Program-made: the position numbers and the translations under genes | NCBI GenBank assembly: GCA_965218795.1 | Contig: OZ244653.1 | Span: 2,880,001-2,944,000 of the forward strand | DNA: 64,000 nucleotides | DNA from: a bacterium | GTDB lineage: Bacteria > UBA8248 > JACPRG01 > G963555815 | Direction of reading: 5' to 3' | Notes under the pieces: model-generated | Told to the model about the DNA's origin: nothing | The model's database searches: none | Seen by the model: only the letters and a program-made list of their open reading frames with translations | Shown here: piece by piece, positions 20,193 to 31,167 of the stretch | How positions within the stretch are numbered: position 1 is the first letter of the stretch | Layout of the letters: each line of letters opens with the position of its first letter

Positions 20193-20252
20193 CGCGCTCC
20201 TCCTTACTGTGAGCGCAATTATTATAGTCTATAAATGGTTGTTACACTACAC
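19149..20252 (-). mobile_element. IS630-family element with TA duplication
   Basis: Ends gtggcctgtaccaac / gtgtagtgtaacaac; flanking TA at 19147-48 and 20253-54 within a CTAG target. Confidence 0.92.
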
Positions 20253-21379
20253 TAGTCCCTGCCTATGCGGCGACGGTGCACAAGAGTCAGGGTTCCGAAT
20301 ATCCCGCCGTGGTCCTGCCCGTGCTGACGCAGCATTACGCCATGCTCCAGCGCAACCTGCTCTACACCGGGATCACGCGCGGCAAGCGTCTGGTTGTGCT
20401 CGTGGGTCAGAAGAAGGCCGTGGCCATCGCGGTCAAGAACGTCTCGGGCAGGCGCCGCTGGTCGAAGCTCGATGAGTGGTTGCGGTCCGGGAACATGTCA
20501 TGTTGAAGGCGACGCGGCCCGTCATTGGCGATTTGACCTCTCGGTCTGAAAGACTCAAGCGGCTCTGGGGCCGCTTCCTTGCCATGCCTCCTTCCTAACC
20601 CGAAAATCCTAACACTCAATCTGGACTGGCTTTTAGAGGGCAAGGTCTTTTCAAGTCCTGAAGACTCCGGCTATGAACCACGATCTGTCAGGTCGGATCG
20701 CGGCAATCACCTCAAGAGAATTGATCCATTTCGGATCTCTATGGCAAAAACTCAAATGACATTTGGATTTCGTCTTGCTCTGGCACATCGCAATGCAGTT
20801 GCGTAAGCACTAGCCAGCTTGGTTTGGGACTTGCGTGCCATCCCTCCAATTCGTCGTTTTTGTTGCACTGGCTTCGCAGCAGAATCTGAATCAGGAGCAA
20901 CACCAGTCGGATATTGGCGTGGAATTGACGAATAACTGGATCATCATCGGCAGAGTCTTCAGAAGACTCTCCCCAATCCTCCGGCTCCGGCGGCCGAATC
21001 TTACCGTGGATCACGGAATTACGAAAGCGTCGAAGATGCTCAGCTCCAATAGCAGCGATAGACCCTGCTGCGATGAGCCGGCGCATCTCTTTTGTTCTAA
21101 AGTATTCCATCTCAGTGGCACACAATTCGAATGCTCCATACACGACCTGCCGGAGATGAGGAAAGCATCGGTTTTTCATGAGGCGGAAAATCACCTCACG
21201 ACCAAGCGCACCCTTGCCGTAGTAATTTCTTCTCTCTGAGGATTGGCTTGCCATTTTGCTGGCCGCTTCGTAGGCAATCCATACCAGATGGAAGACAATA
21301 ACACCGGCAATGTGAGGTGGTCCCAGCAAATCGGACAGGTTGCTAAGGTGTATTCCACCGACTGAGGGAGGGATACGCA

Positions 21380-21661
21380 ATGACGACACGACGGCGATTC
21401 ACGGGGGAGTTCAAGGCGAAGGTAGCGCTGGAAGCACTGCGCGGGGACAAGACGGTTCAAGAAATCGCGGTGCGGCACAAGGTGCATCCGAACCAGGTGA
21501 GCGCCTGGAAGCAGCGAGCGGTGGAGGGGCTGAAGGAGGTATTCTCCAAGGGGGCGGAGCGGGCACGTGGGGACCATGAGGTGGAGATCCGGGACCTGCA
21601 TGCGAAGATCGGGGAGTTGACGGTGGAGCGGGATTTTTTGTCCAAAGGGCTCAAGTGGTGA
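21380..21661 (+). CDS. IS3 transposase OrfA
   Basis: RRRFTGEFKAKVALEAL...VHPNQVSAWK. Confidence 0.92.
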   Translation: MTTRRRFTGEFKAKVALEALRGDKTVQEIAVRHKVHPNQVSAWKQRAVEGLKEVFSKGAERARGDHEVEIRDLHAKIGELTVERDFLSKGLKW

Positions 21662-22587
21662 GCCGGGAGGGACGCAGGGCCATGATCCGTCGCGACCATC
21701 CCAAACTCAGCTTGAGCGGTCAATGCCGCCTGCTTTCCATCAGCCGATCCTCGCTGTACCACACGCCCAAGGGCGAGAGTGCGCAGAACCTGGCGTTGAT
21801 GCGGCGGATCGATGAGTTGTTCTTGAAATACCCGTTCTACGGCAGCCGCCAGATGGTCCGTCATTTGTGGCGCGAGGGAGTCCGTGTCGGTCGTCACCGG
21901 GTTCGGCGTCTGATGCGGCTGATGGGCCTACAGGCCATCTACCAAGCGCCGAGAACCACCAGACCACATCCCGAACACCGGGTTTATCCCTATCTTCTCA
22001 AGGGACTCGCCATCGAGCGGCCCAATCAGGTCTGGACCGCGGACATAACCTATATCCCCGTCCAGCGCGGCTTCCTGTACCTGGTAGCCGTCATGGACTG
22101 GGCCACCCGCCGTGTGCTCGCCTGGCGGCTGTCCAACACCCTGGATGCCCGCTTCTGCGTCGAGGCCCTGACCGAAGCCCTGGACCGCTACGGCCGGCCT
22201 CGGATCTTCAATACCGACCAAGGCAGCCAGTTCACCAGCCTCGCGTTTACCGCTGTCCTCCAAGACGCCGGCGTCGCCATCTCCATGGACGGCCGGGGCC
22301 GATGCATGGACAACATCTTCATCGAGCGCCTCTGGCGTTCGCTCAAATACGAAGCGGTGTATCTGCACGAGCTCACCGACGGCTTCGCAGCCCAAAGGGC
22401 CATTGCCAAGTGGCTCGACTTCTATAACACCGAAAGACCTCATTCCGCCCTGGCTGGCTCTACCCCGGCCGAGGCCTACGAAAAAGGACTGCCGCCGCAG
22501 ATGCAGGCCAAGCCCCACCGCTTGCCTGCCCCTCTGCCGGCTCAACCAGAACAGAAAGACGGGTCAAACAGGACGCTGGCGGCATGA
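21658..22587 (+). CDS. IS3 transposase OrfB (DDE)
   Basis: WTADITY, NTDQGSQF, DNIFIERLWRSLKYE. Confidence 0.95.
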   Translation: MSREGRRAMIRRDHPKLSLSGQCRLLSISRSSLYHTPKGESAQNLALMRRIDELFLKYPFYGSRQMVRHLWREGVRVGRHRVRRLMRLMGLQAIYQAPRTTRPHPEHRVYPYLLKGLAIERPNQVWTADITYIPVQRGFLYLVAVMDWATRRVLAWRLSNTLDARFCVEALTEALDRYGRPRIFNTDQGSQFTSLAFTAVLQDAGVAISMDGRGRCMDNIFIERLWRSLKYEAVYLHELTDGFAAQRAIAKWLDFYNTERPHSALAGSTPAEAYEKGLPPQMQAKPHRLPAPLPAQPEQKDGSNRTLAA

Positions 22588-23503
22588 TCAATGAACCGAA
22601 TACACCTTCACTCAGCCGCCTAACTGTCCAAGATAGTGGGACCACCTCAATGTGCTTAGATACTACCTCACTGTTCGCCGCTTCTAATTCCAAGGCGGGA
22701 CTGCACCAGTTGGCGGTGCCATCTATGTCAGTATCAACCGAAAGATCATTTAGAGATGCAGCCACGCGGAGGTTTACTCTGACAGAGTCCAAATGATCCG
22801 ACGCCAACGATTCCGACAATTCATTGGTGATGGACAACAGCCGCTTGATATGTTCTCGCAGTGGTATCATGCCCTCCGATGCAACAGAATTTGATCTCCA
22901 AATTGGATCCAAAGCGCGGTATGGATTGTTTACGAAACCTTGAGGCTGGTCGAGTGGCTCAGTATTCGGTTTCGCCTTCACAGATTTGCAAGTGCGGCTT
23001 TCTTGCATTCGGTTCCTCTTGTAGATAAACCGAAACGTCAAAGTCACGACGTTTCATTCACCCGTTGTAGGTGCGATGGCAAGGATGCCTAGCCTTACGT
23101 CCGGGCCTTCGACGACGCCTGAAGCACCGCGCGGTGCCCCAGACTCACATTGGAAACCTCTCGCCTCCCGGCCCGGTAACAGCGTCGTCGTGCATGACAC
23201 CGACGGCGATGATGCTCAGCACATCCGCTGGAGACAAAAGCGTGCGGTGTGTTTTTTCATCTCGCGCTTGCCGCTCCACTCCTTCGTTTCCTTCGGGGGC
23301 TTCAACTGAGGTGGTCCTGATTTTCATCGCTTCAGAATTGGTATGGTGTAATTATGGTGAAAAATGGTGGTTACGTCAGGGAGTCGCCAAGACGCTCCGC
23401 CCTAAGTCCAAGAAACATAGCGTATGCCTTTGGGTGACGCTTGACGAAACCGAGTCGCGGAGTTGACGTGGCTCGGCGAAGAGCTTGATATTTCGGCGGC
23501 TTG

Positions 23504-23527
23504 GATGAGCCGATGAGCCGATGAGCC
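23504..23527 (+). repeat. Octamer tandem repeat (gatgagcc)x3
   Basis: Seen directly, ~135 bp upstream of the probable helicase start. Confidence 0.8.
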
Positions 23528-23662
23528 GTGTCGGGATTTGTGGCGCGGCATCGTGACAGCATCGCAGGCGATCTTCCTCTTCGAGCACCCGAATTGGAAG
23601 TGGTGGGAGACAAGAAAGTGGGGGGATCGCGTGGCAAATGTCCCGCAGTACAGGATGACGCC

Positions 23663-25808
23663 GTGACCGTGACGGAAAACCGTTTGCTACGGTTTCTGGA
23701 GGGTGTCCGGCCACTGTATATACTGCCGGTCGATCCGATCGCCCAAGAAGTGCTGATTCCAGGATTTAAGGCGGCGGGCAAAGTGGACTGCATGGTCGGA
23801 TTCTTCTCAAGCGAGGTGTTGGCTTCGCTTGCGCCCGGTCTGGCAACCTACATCGAAGGTTCGGAGAGCAGTTTCCGGCTGATCATAAGCCCCATTCTCC
23901 GTGCCGAGGACCAGGCCGCGATCGAGGACGGGCTGAGGTCTGCGGAAGAAGTTGCCGATAGGATTCTGGAAGATCTGACGGTTACAGAAGACCTGCTTCA
24001 ACGCCACACGTTGAAGTGCCTCTCCTGGCTCCTTCGAGAAGGTCGCATTGAGATCAAAGTCGCCTTGATGAAGGATGCGCTTTTTCACCCGAAAGTCTGG
24101 TTATTTGAAAACGATGGCGATGTCGTTGCAGCGCACGGGTCGAGCAATATGACCTATGCTGGTATCCGCAAAAACATTGAACAGATCGCGATATCGAGGT
24201 CATGGCAGGATCCGAACCAGCGCTACATCACCGACAAGCTCGGCTATGAGTTCGGTCGCTTGTGGGAGAACAAGGACGATAGCTGCATCGTCATTGCGAT
24301 GCCGGAGGCCGTCAGGCAGCGCCTGTTGTGCACCTACAGTTCTGAAACGCCGCCGACGGAAGATGACCTGAGGGCTCTGTACGGCCGCGCAACCGGGTTT
24401 GCCGAAGAGCCGGAATCTTACGAACCCGCACCTGTGCCGACGACGGGCTTTGCGATCCCAGACTGGTTGCGATACGAAGACGGTCCATTCGAACATCAGG
24501 GCAAAGCAGTAATCGCCTGGTGCGAAGCCGGGTATCGCGGCGTGCTGGAAATGGCGACCGGCTCGGGGAAAACCATCACCTCGATGATTGGCGCACACCG
24601 CCTCTACGACGGACACAAGCCGCTCCTGATCGTGGTCGCCGCCCCCTATGTGCCGCTGATCGAACAATGGTGCGATGAAATCGTCCCGTTCGGGCTGAAA
24701 CCGGTCAACCTCACCACGGCGCGTGGCGCTGCCAAACGCGCGATCGAACTGCAAAAACTGAAACGACGATTTCGCACCGGCCTGTCCGATGTCGAAGCGG
24801 TCGTGGTCAGTCACGACACCCTATGCACGCCGGAATTCCTCGACGTTATCGAGGGGTTCGATTGCGCAAGGCTGCTGATCGCGGATGAAGCGCATAATCT
24901 GGGCCGCGCGTCATTCATAGAAGACCCACCGGAGTTTTTCGAGCACCGGATCGGCCTGTCAGCCACGCCGATCCGCCAGTATGACGAGGAAGGAACGGAA
25001 GCCCTTTTCGGCTTTTTCGGTCCCGTGGTCTGCCGGTTCACGCTCGAACAAGCGATCGGGCGCTGCCTCGTCGATTACGCCTACTACCTCCACCCTCCAC
25101 CCTGTCTATCTCACCGAAAGCGAGATGGACGAATGGTTCGACCTGACGGGGAAGATCAAGCAAAACCTCTGGCGCGACAAGGGCTGCAAGCCGGACGATT
25201 ATCTCGCGAAGTTGTTGCGCAACCGGAGGGCGTTGCTGGAAACCGCATCAGACAAGGTGTCCATGTTGAGGACTCTTCTCGACGAAGAGGATACCGGCAG
25301 CCTGCGCCACACACTAGTCTACACCTCGGACAAGGGACCGGACCAGCTCGACAACGTCAACCGGCTGCTGCGTGACAGGAACATCCTGTTTCATCAGCTC
25401 ACGGCGGAAGAGACAGCCAGCCGCGACCAGACGAAGCGCATCATCAGGTCGTTCCAGGACGGCGAAATCCAGGTCCTCACGGCCAAGCGCGTGCTCGACG
25501 AAGGCGTGAACATTCCGCAAATTTGCAAGGCGTTCATCCTCGCGAGCACCACGGTCGAACGGCAATGGGTGCAGCGGCGCGGACGCCTGCTGCGAACTTG
25601 CAGAGCGATCGGCAAGACGCACAGTGTCATTCATGACCTGCTGGCCTTGCCGCCGGGAATGGAAGAAGGGCTTGATCCCGATGCGCGCGGCCTCGTGCGT
25701 TCGGAGCTGCGCCGTGCGCAGGAATTCGCGCGGCTCGCAAGAAATGCGGGCCGACCGGACGGGCCGCTGGCGATGATCGATAAAATGGTTGATGCAGCGT
25801 ACCTGTAG
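23663..25808 (+). pseudogene. PLD(HKD)-nuclease + SF2 DEAH helicase (Dnd-associated restriction-type), frameshifted
   Basis: FHPKVWLF..GSSN, ATGSGKT, DEAH, SATP; LDEGVNIP and QRRGRLLR lie in a second frame; 7-bp duplication ctccacc at 25088-25101; start approximate. Confidence 0.88.
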
Positions 25809-25824
25809 CGCTGGGGGAAGTGAA

Positions 25825-26070
25825 ATGCCGCTAAACGACAAAAAGATAATCTCGATCATCCTTGAGCAATGCGTCGGAATAGACGAACGGTGTGACGGCT
25901 ATAGGGAGGAGATTATCGAAGTGATTTCGGAGATTCTCGAATACGAGCGGGGCCATCGTGTTTCGGCGACGAATATCCAGAAAAAGATAAATGACAAATG
26001 CAATGCTGCCGGGCGGTTCCTTGAGGAACAACGCGGTCAGGATACGGGCACGGAGGAACTGGACTCATGA
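25825..26070 (+). CDS. Small protein associated with CxC/DndD-like ATPase
   Basis: 81 aa MPLNDKKIISIILEQ...; ATGA overlap with the ATPase. Confidence 0.75.
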   Translation: MPLNDKKIISIILEQCVGIDERCDGYREEIIEVISEILEYERGHRVSATNIQKKINDKCNAAGRFLEEQRGQDTGTEELDS

Positions 26071-28208
26071 AACTGCTCCGCGCTGAATTTGAGAATTTCC
26101 GGTTGCTCCGCGATCTGGAGCTTGAGTTTGCCAACGGAGCTGACCAGAACCTGACGATCATTCGAGCGGCAAACGAGTCGGGAAAAACGACGATCCTTCA
26201 TGCGTTGCAATGGGCGCTCTACGGTGACGCCGCGTTGCCCGGCAAGGGCGAGGGTTTCCGCCTGCATCCCATCGACTGGGATGCAAGCGACGGCAAGCGG
26301 GTTCCGATTACGGCGACGGTCGAATTCGAGCTGACGACCCACCGGCAGGTCGCAGGTGAAATGCGCAAATCACGGCGGCGTTTCCGTCTGGTGCGTTCCG
26401 CATTCGAGGATGTGGACAGCCAGTCACGCCGCTCGGCCTCCACGGCAAAGCTCTTCGCGCTGAACGAGACCGGGGCTGCTCCCATCGACGCCCCGGAAGC
26501 GCTGATCAACGATGAATTGCCACCTGAACTCCGCGAAGTGTTCTTTACTGACGGCGACCGCGCCCTGAGTTTCATCGAAGCGGATGTCGCACTGTCAACC
26601 AAGCGCGAGCGCGTACAGCGGGCTATCCGTTCGCTACTTGGCCTCGGTGTGATCGACGACGCGATCAAGCATGTCCGCAAGACGGCTGCTGAGGTGAACA
26701 AGAAGGCGAAACAGATCGGCACCGACAGCGAGCTGAACAGAATCGCGTCGCGTCTGGAAGCGATCGACGAAACCTGGAACAAGTTGGAGGACGACCTCGA
26801 AGATGCGAAACAACAATTCGCGGCGTTCGAAGAGAAGGTAAACGAAACCGACCGCAAAATCGCGGCGGCGCTCCAGAAGGGCGACAAGGAGGAGCTGCGC
26901 AAAGACCTCGAAAACGCGAAGCGAGAGATCAAGCAGCTCGACGATCAGCTCACCGCCGCGAACAAAGAGCATTCAGCGTTGTTCCGCAGCCGCTCGATCG
27001 CAACCGATCTGCTCGCGCCTCTGCTCGGCCGTGCTTTCGAAAAGCTCGAAGATCTGCACGATCAGGGCAAGATTCCGAACACGACGATCCCGGTCCTGCA
27101 AGACCGGCTCTCGGCGGAACTCTGTATCTGCGGCGAGACGCTCGAACCCGGCGATCCGGACGGTGAGAAACGTCGCGAGCATATCCAGAAACTGATCGAC
27201 GACAGCCAGCGCGCCGACGAGATTCAGGAAATCATCACGGACCTCTATTACGGCGCAAAGCCGCTACAGAGCGATGGGGATGCCGGAAGCAGCGTCTGGC
27301 TGGAAGAATACAAGAAGGTCGTCCAACGCCGGGACGGTATTCAGAACCTGCGCGATGAGGCGGGCCGCAAATACCGGGCGCTCGAACTGCAACTGGATGA
27401 GCTACCGGATACGGACATACAGGGCCTGCGAGAGACGCTCCGTCAGTATAAGGATCAGCGCGACCGGTGCCTGTCCAAGCGTTCGGCCATCGAAACCCAG
27501 CTCACCGGGCTTCGACGTGAACGCGAAGAGCTTGAAACCGAACGTGACCGGCTACTGCGCGAGCAGAAAAAAGGTGCGCGGATACTGGCCGAACTGCACG
27601 TCACACAGGATGTAATGGCCGTCCTGCAGAACGCCTATGAGCGGATTACCAACGAGGAACTCGCCAAGGTCAGCGAGCTGATGAACGACATCTTCCTTGA
27701 AATGATCGGGGCTGACCCTGAACAGGGTGCAATCATCCGACGCGCCGAAATCAGCCGTGAATTCGACATTATCGTTTACGGGCCGAATGACAGGACGCTC
27801 AATCCGGACCGCGACCTGAACGGCGCGTCGCGTCGCGCCCTTACGCTTGCATTCATCCTCGCACTGACAAAGGTCAGCGAAGTCAAAGCGCCGAATGTCA
27901 TCGATACGCCGCTCGGCATGACCAGCGGCTTTGTGAAGCGGTCTATCCTGAGAACAGCGGTGCGGGAAAGCGCTCAGCTCGTTTTGTTCCTGACGCACGA
28001 TGAAATCGCCGGATGCGAAGAGATCATCGACGCAGCGGCGGGCGTGGTCTTCACGCTGACCAACCCGGCACATTACCCGAAGATGCTCGTCAACGACCCC
28101 GACGTTGTCGAACGCAAGGTTCTTCGGTGTGCATGCGATCACCGGAGCGAATGTCAACTCTGCCAGCGCCGGGTCGATGCGCTGGTCGAGCTGGAAATAG
28201 CGTCATAG
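26067..28208 (+). CDS. DndD-like SMC/ABC ATPase with C-terminal CxC Cys cluster
   Basis: AANESGKTT, FFTDGD, long coiled coils, central CICG, LNGAS, VIDTPLG, LTHDE, C-terminal CACDHRSECQLC. Confidence 0.88.
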   Translation: MKLLRAEFENFRLLRDLELEFANGADQNLTIIRAANESGKTTILHALQWALYGDAALPGKGEGFRLHPIDWDASDGKRVPITATVEFELTTHRQVAGEMRKSRRRFRLVRSAFEDVDSQSRRSASTAKLFALNETGAAPIDAPEALINDELPPELREVFFTDGDRALSFIEADVALSTKRERVQRAIRSLLGLGVIDDAIKHVRKTAAEVNKKAKQIGTDSELNRIASRLEAIDETWNKLEDDLEDAKQQFAAFEEKVNETDRKIAAALQKGDKEELRKDLENAKREIKQLDDQLTAANKEHSALFRSRSIATDLLAPLLGRAFEKLEDLHDQGKIPNTTIPVLQDRLSAELCICGETLEPGDPDGEKRREHIQKLIDDSQRADEIQEIITDLYYGAKPLQSDGDAGSSVWLEEYKKVVQRRDGIQNLRDEAGRKYRALELQLDELPDTDIQGLRETLRQYKDQRDRCLSKRSAIETQLTGLRREREELETERDRLLREQKKGARILAELHVTQDVMAVLQNAYERITNEELAKVSELMNDIFLEMIGADPEQGAIIRRAEISREFDIIVYGPNDRTLNPDRDLNGASRRALTLAFILALTKVSEVKAPNVIDTPLGMTSGFVKRSILRTAVRESAQLVLFLTHDEIAGCEEIIDAAAGVVFTLTNPAHYPKMLVNDPDVVERKVLRCACDHRSECQLCQRRVDALVELEIAS

Positions 28209-28218
28209 GAGACAACCG

Positions 28219-28680
28219 ATGGCCGACCGTTATTTCAATCCATTTCAAGCGATCGACATCAACGTGCCGGTCGAATTCCACGAGGTTTTCACCCGGTACT
28301 GCCAAAGGAGCGCCGATGCGGTCATCGACCAGAGTCCGTTTCCCCGCATGGTCGATCTCTGGTTCTTGTCCGTCTGCGTTGCGGCGCGGCTCGGGTTGGA
28401 ACCTGCTGATATTGGCAAATACGAAACGCGGAAGATCATAGACGGCTCGATCTTCGGCAGCGATCCGTGGCGTGTTCACACCCTCATGTTGATCTCGATC
28501 GGCAAGACGGGCGACGAGCAAATCGTATCGGAACCGCGAAAGATGATGGCGCTTGCCAATGGCCTCGCTGTTGCGGGACTGCCGAAAGTTATCGAAATGC
28601 TCAAGGACGGAGATGCAGAACCAATCTGGAACCTGTCGGATGCGGTTGACTCTCTCTTGAGGAAAGAGAAAGCGGCATAG
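28219..28680 (+). CDS. 153-aa ATPase partner (DndE/Dnd-associated position)
   Basis: AGGAG RBS directly after the ATPase; PFPRMVDLWFLSVCVA...ANGLAVAGL; assignment mostly positional. Confidence 0.6.
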   Translation: MADRYFNPFQAIDINVPVEFHEVFTRYCQRSADAVIDQSPFPRMVDLWFLSVCVAARLGLEPADIGKYETRKIIDGSIFGSDPWRVHTLMLISIGKTGDEQIVSEPRKMMALANGLAVAGLPKVIEMLKDGDAEPIWNLSDAVDSLLRKEKAA

Positions 28681-28794
28681 GACAGGATGCATGACAATGT
28701 TGGTCGCGGAGTACAGACGAAGGATAGTCGAAGTCGGTAGAGATGTTGTCCCACCAATGTTCGGCAAGTCTGACAACAAACGGAGATAAGTGGC

Positions 28795-31167
28795 TTGTTC
28801 AAGATTTGCGCTCGGACGGTACTGGAACTTGGAGCTGAGCTTATCAGCTCCGATGTCATTGCGTTTTATGAGTTGATCAAAAACACGTTTGACGCAGGAT
28901 CGCCTAAAGGTGCGGAAATCTATTTCGAAGTCGTTCTAAGACGAAACGACTACCTGAAATTCCGCCAGAGGGCGATTGACAGGTCGGCGGAAATTGACCG
29001 GCTGAAGGCGGATGTCGAGAATGCGCTCGACGCGTCTGCACCGGAAGACTCCCTGGATTTCTTCCGGGCGGCGGTAGATGAGGCCGAAGACATAGAAGCG
29101 TTTGTCGAGGCTCTTGATGCGGCATACGCCGCCAAGAACCGGATCGTCGTGTCCGACGAGGGAACGGGGATGTCGAAACAGGATTTGATCGACAACTACC
29201 TCGTAATCGGTACTGCGTCGCGAAGGCGCGCGATAGATGCTGCGCTTGCAGAACATGCCGCTGGAAAACATCGCGCGCCCTATCTCGGCGAAAAGGGGAT
29301 CGGACGGCTTTCGGCCATGCGGCTGGGCGACATGCTGACGGTCGAAACGGCTGAAAAGAAGGACAAGCTCCTAAACCTGCTCAAAATTGACTGGTCGGCA
29401 TTTAGCGACCTCGATGTAATGCTTGATGAGATTGATGTCGTACCCGAGCGTGGCGGGACGAAGCCGGAGCCGGACTGGAGTGGCACACGTCTTATCATCG
29501 GCGCTCTCGGGGCCGACTGGACCTATGACCGCGTTAAATACCTTGGCGAGCATGACTTTGTGCGGTTGACCGATCCGTTCGCCGACGCCAAGCGGAGACC
29601 CCGTATCGCGGTATTCTGGAACGGTACGCGCGTTCCCGTAGCCCATATGGATCACCACCTCTTGGCGCATGCACACGCATCGGTGAAAGGACGTTTTGTT
29701 TACGGTGACTCCGGTCCGGCCCTTGAATGCAGCCTCAGAGCTTTCGACCTCGGTTTCGAGCACCCGCATGAAGTTGAGAAACGGGTGTTTGCTCTGCCCG
29801 ATCTCGAAGGGTCGATCACCGGAACATCAGGCGAAGTTCCGCTTTCAGCACTCGACGATTTGGGCGAGTTCGAATTCGAGGCGTATTGGTTTAACCGGCA
29901 ACGCCTGGGTGCCATTGACAGCATTGGAAACCGAAACCAGGTGCGGGAACTGCAACGGCGCTGGTCCGGAATCCTTCTATTCCGAGATGGATTCCGGGTG
30001 TTGCCGTACGGAGAGGACGACGACGACTGGCTGGCTCTGGACCGGCGCGCACTGGGAAGCACGGGATATCTTCTCAACAAGGCGCAATTCGTAGGTCGCG
30101 TGACGATATCGCGGCTCGGCAATCCGTTACTCATTGACCAGACAAACCGTGAAGGCTTGCATGTTTGCCCCGAACAGCAGGCATTCATTGGTTTACTTCA
30201 GCTTGCAATTCAGTATCACCTTCGGGACTTCCTAAAGGATGTCCAGCGGCGTCACAAAGACCAGCCTCTTGACATGACAGAGGCCAAGACGGACGTGTCT
30301 AACCTCGAAAAAAGGGCGAACACCGCGCTCCGGAAGATAAAACGCATTGCTCCGGAGTCGGCGGATACCGTCGAGGAATTGCAGCACACCTTCTTTGAGA
30401 TTAAGGAATTCTTTGACCGTGCACAGAACCGGATCGCCGAAGTCGAAAGCGAGAATCGCCAGATGATGCAGATGGCGGGCGTCGGGCTGCTTGTCGAGGT
30501 CGTGGCACATGAGCTGGCGCGATCGACAGAGAACGCGCTCGCGGCTCTTGAGGCCCTACGCGGCAGGGACGTCCCGGACCAGATAGGCGGGCTGCTGAAC
30601 TCACTTCGGTCCGAGATGACATCAGTAAGCAAGCGTCTTCGCGTTCTTGATCCGCTTAGCGTGTCGGGTCGTCAACGTAAGGGAACCTTCAATCTGGGCA
30701 CCCTGATCGATGACATCCTGAGCGGGCACGAGCTACAATTTGACCGTCACAATGTGAAGCTGAAGGTCACGATGCCTGAGCACGCTGTTCGTATACGTGC
30801 CGTCAAAGGCATGATTGTGCAGATAATCGAGAACCTGGTATCGAACTCCCTTTACTGGCTCGATCTCCGCAGGCAGCACGAACCCGGCTTCCAGCCGCGC
30901 ATCACGATTGCGATGGAAGACGATCCCCTGACGATTACCTACAAAGATAACGGCCGGGGAATCGCGAAGGAAAACCGCGAGAACGTCTTCCGTGCATTCT
31001 TTTCCCTGAAGGAGAAATCCAAGCGCCGGGGGCTCGGCCTATACATCGCCCGCGAGTGCGCCGAATACCACGGCGGAAGCCTAACGCTGGATGAGCATGT
31101 CAACCGCGCGACGGGACGTCTCCATCGTTTCATTCTGCAATTGCCCGATGAGGTCGTTGTCTCATGA
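28795..31167 (+). CDS. GHKL/MORC-type ATPase fused to histidine kinase
   Basis: ELIKNTFDA, DEGTGMS, GEKGIGRLS, FRDGFRVLPYG, DQTNREG; then VAHEL, ENLVSNS, DNGRGI, GLGLYIARE. Confidence 0.88.
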   Translation: MFKICARTVLELGAELISSDVIAFYELIKNTFDAGSPKGAEIYFEVVLRRNDYLKFRQRAIDRSAEIDRLKADVENALDASAPEDSLDFFRAAVDEAEDIEAFVEALDAAYAAKNRIVVSDEGTGMSKQDLIDNYLVIGTASRRRAIDAALAEHAAGKHRAPYLGEKGIGRLSAMRLGDMLTVETAEKKDKLLNLLKIDWSAFSDLDVMLDEIDVVPERGGTKPEPDWSGTRLIIGALGADWTYDRVKYLGEHDFVRLTDPFADAKRRPRIAVFWNGTRVPVAHMDHHLLAHAHASVKGRFVYGDSGPALECSLRAFDLGFEHPHEVEKRVFALPDLEGSITGTSGEVPLSALDDLGEFEFEAYWFNRQRLGAIDSIGNRNQVRELQRRWSGILLFRDGFRVLPYGEDDDDWLALDRRALGSTGYLLNKAQFVGRVTISRLGNPLLIDQTNREGLHVCPEQQAFIGLLQLAIQYHLRDFLKDVQRRHKDQPLDMTEAKTDVSNLEKRANTALRKIKRIAPESADTVEELQHTFFEIKEFFDRAQNRIAEVESENRQMMQMAGVGLLVEVVAHELARSTENALAALEALRGRDVPDQIGGLLNSLRSEMTSVSKRLRVLDPLSVSGRQRKGTFNLGTLIDDILSGHELQFDRHNVKLKVTMPEHAVRIRAVKGMIVQIIENLVSNSLYWLDLRRQHEPGFQPRITIAMEDDPLTITYKDNGRGIAKENRENVFRAFFSLKEKSKRRGLGLYIARECAEYHGGSLTLDEHVNRATGRLHRFILQLPDEVVVS

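Larger units (their letters stand above)
17166..20506 (+). pseudogene. recD2: RecD2-like ATP-dependent helicase interrupted by IS630
   Basis: GGPGVGKTT, CAPTGRAAKR, VVDESSM, GDIDQLPSVGPG; removing the IS restores [19 protein letters not shown]. Confidence 0.93.
21313..22649 (+). mobile_element. Complete IS3-family element
   Basis: IRs tgaggtggtcccagcaaatcggacag / ctgtccaagatagtgggaccacctca; 3-bp direct repeat ATG. Confidence 0.95.
20739..23008 (-). pseudogene. HEPN-motif protein split by IS3
   Basis: Removing the IS and ATG duplication rejoins EVVSKHI-AGVIVFHLVWIAYEA in frame; RRFRNSVIHG fits Rx4H; start codon uncertain. Confidence 0.7.
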
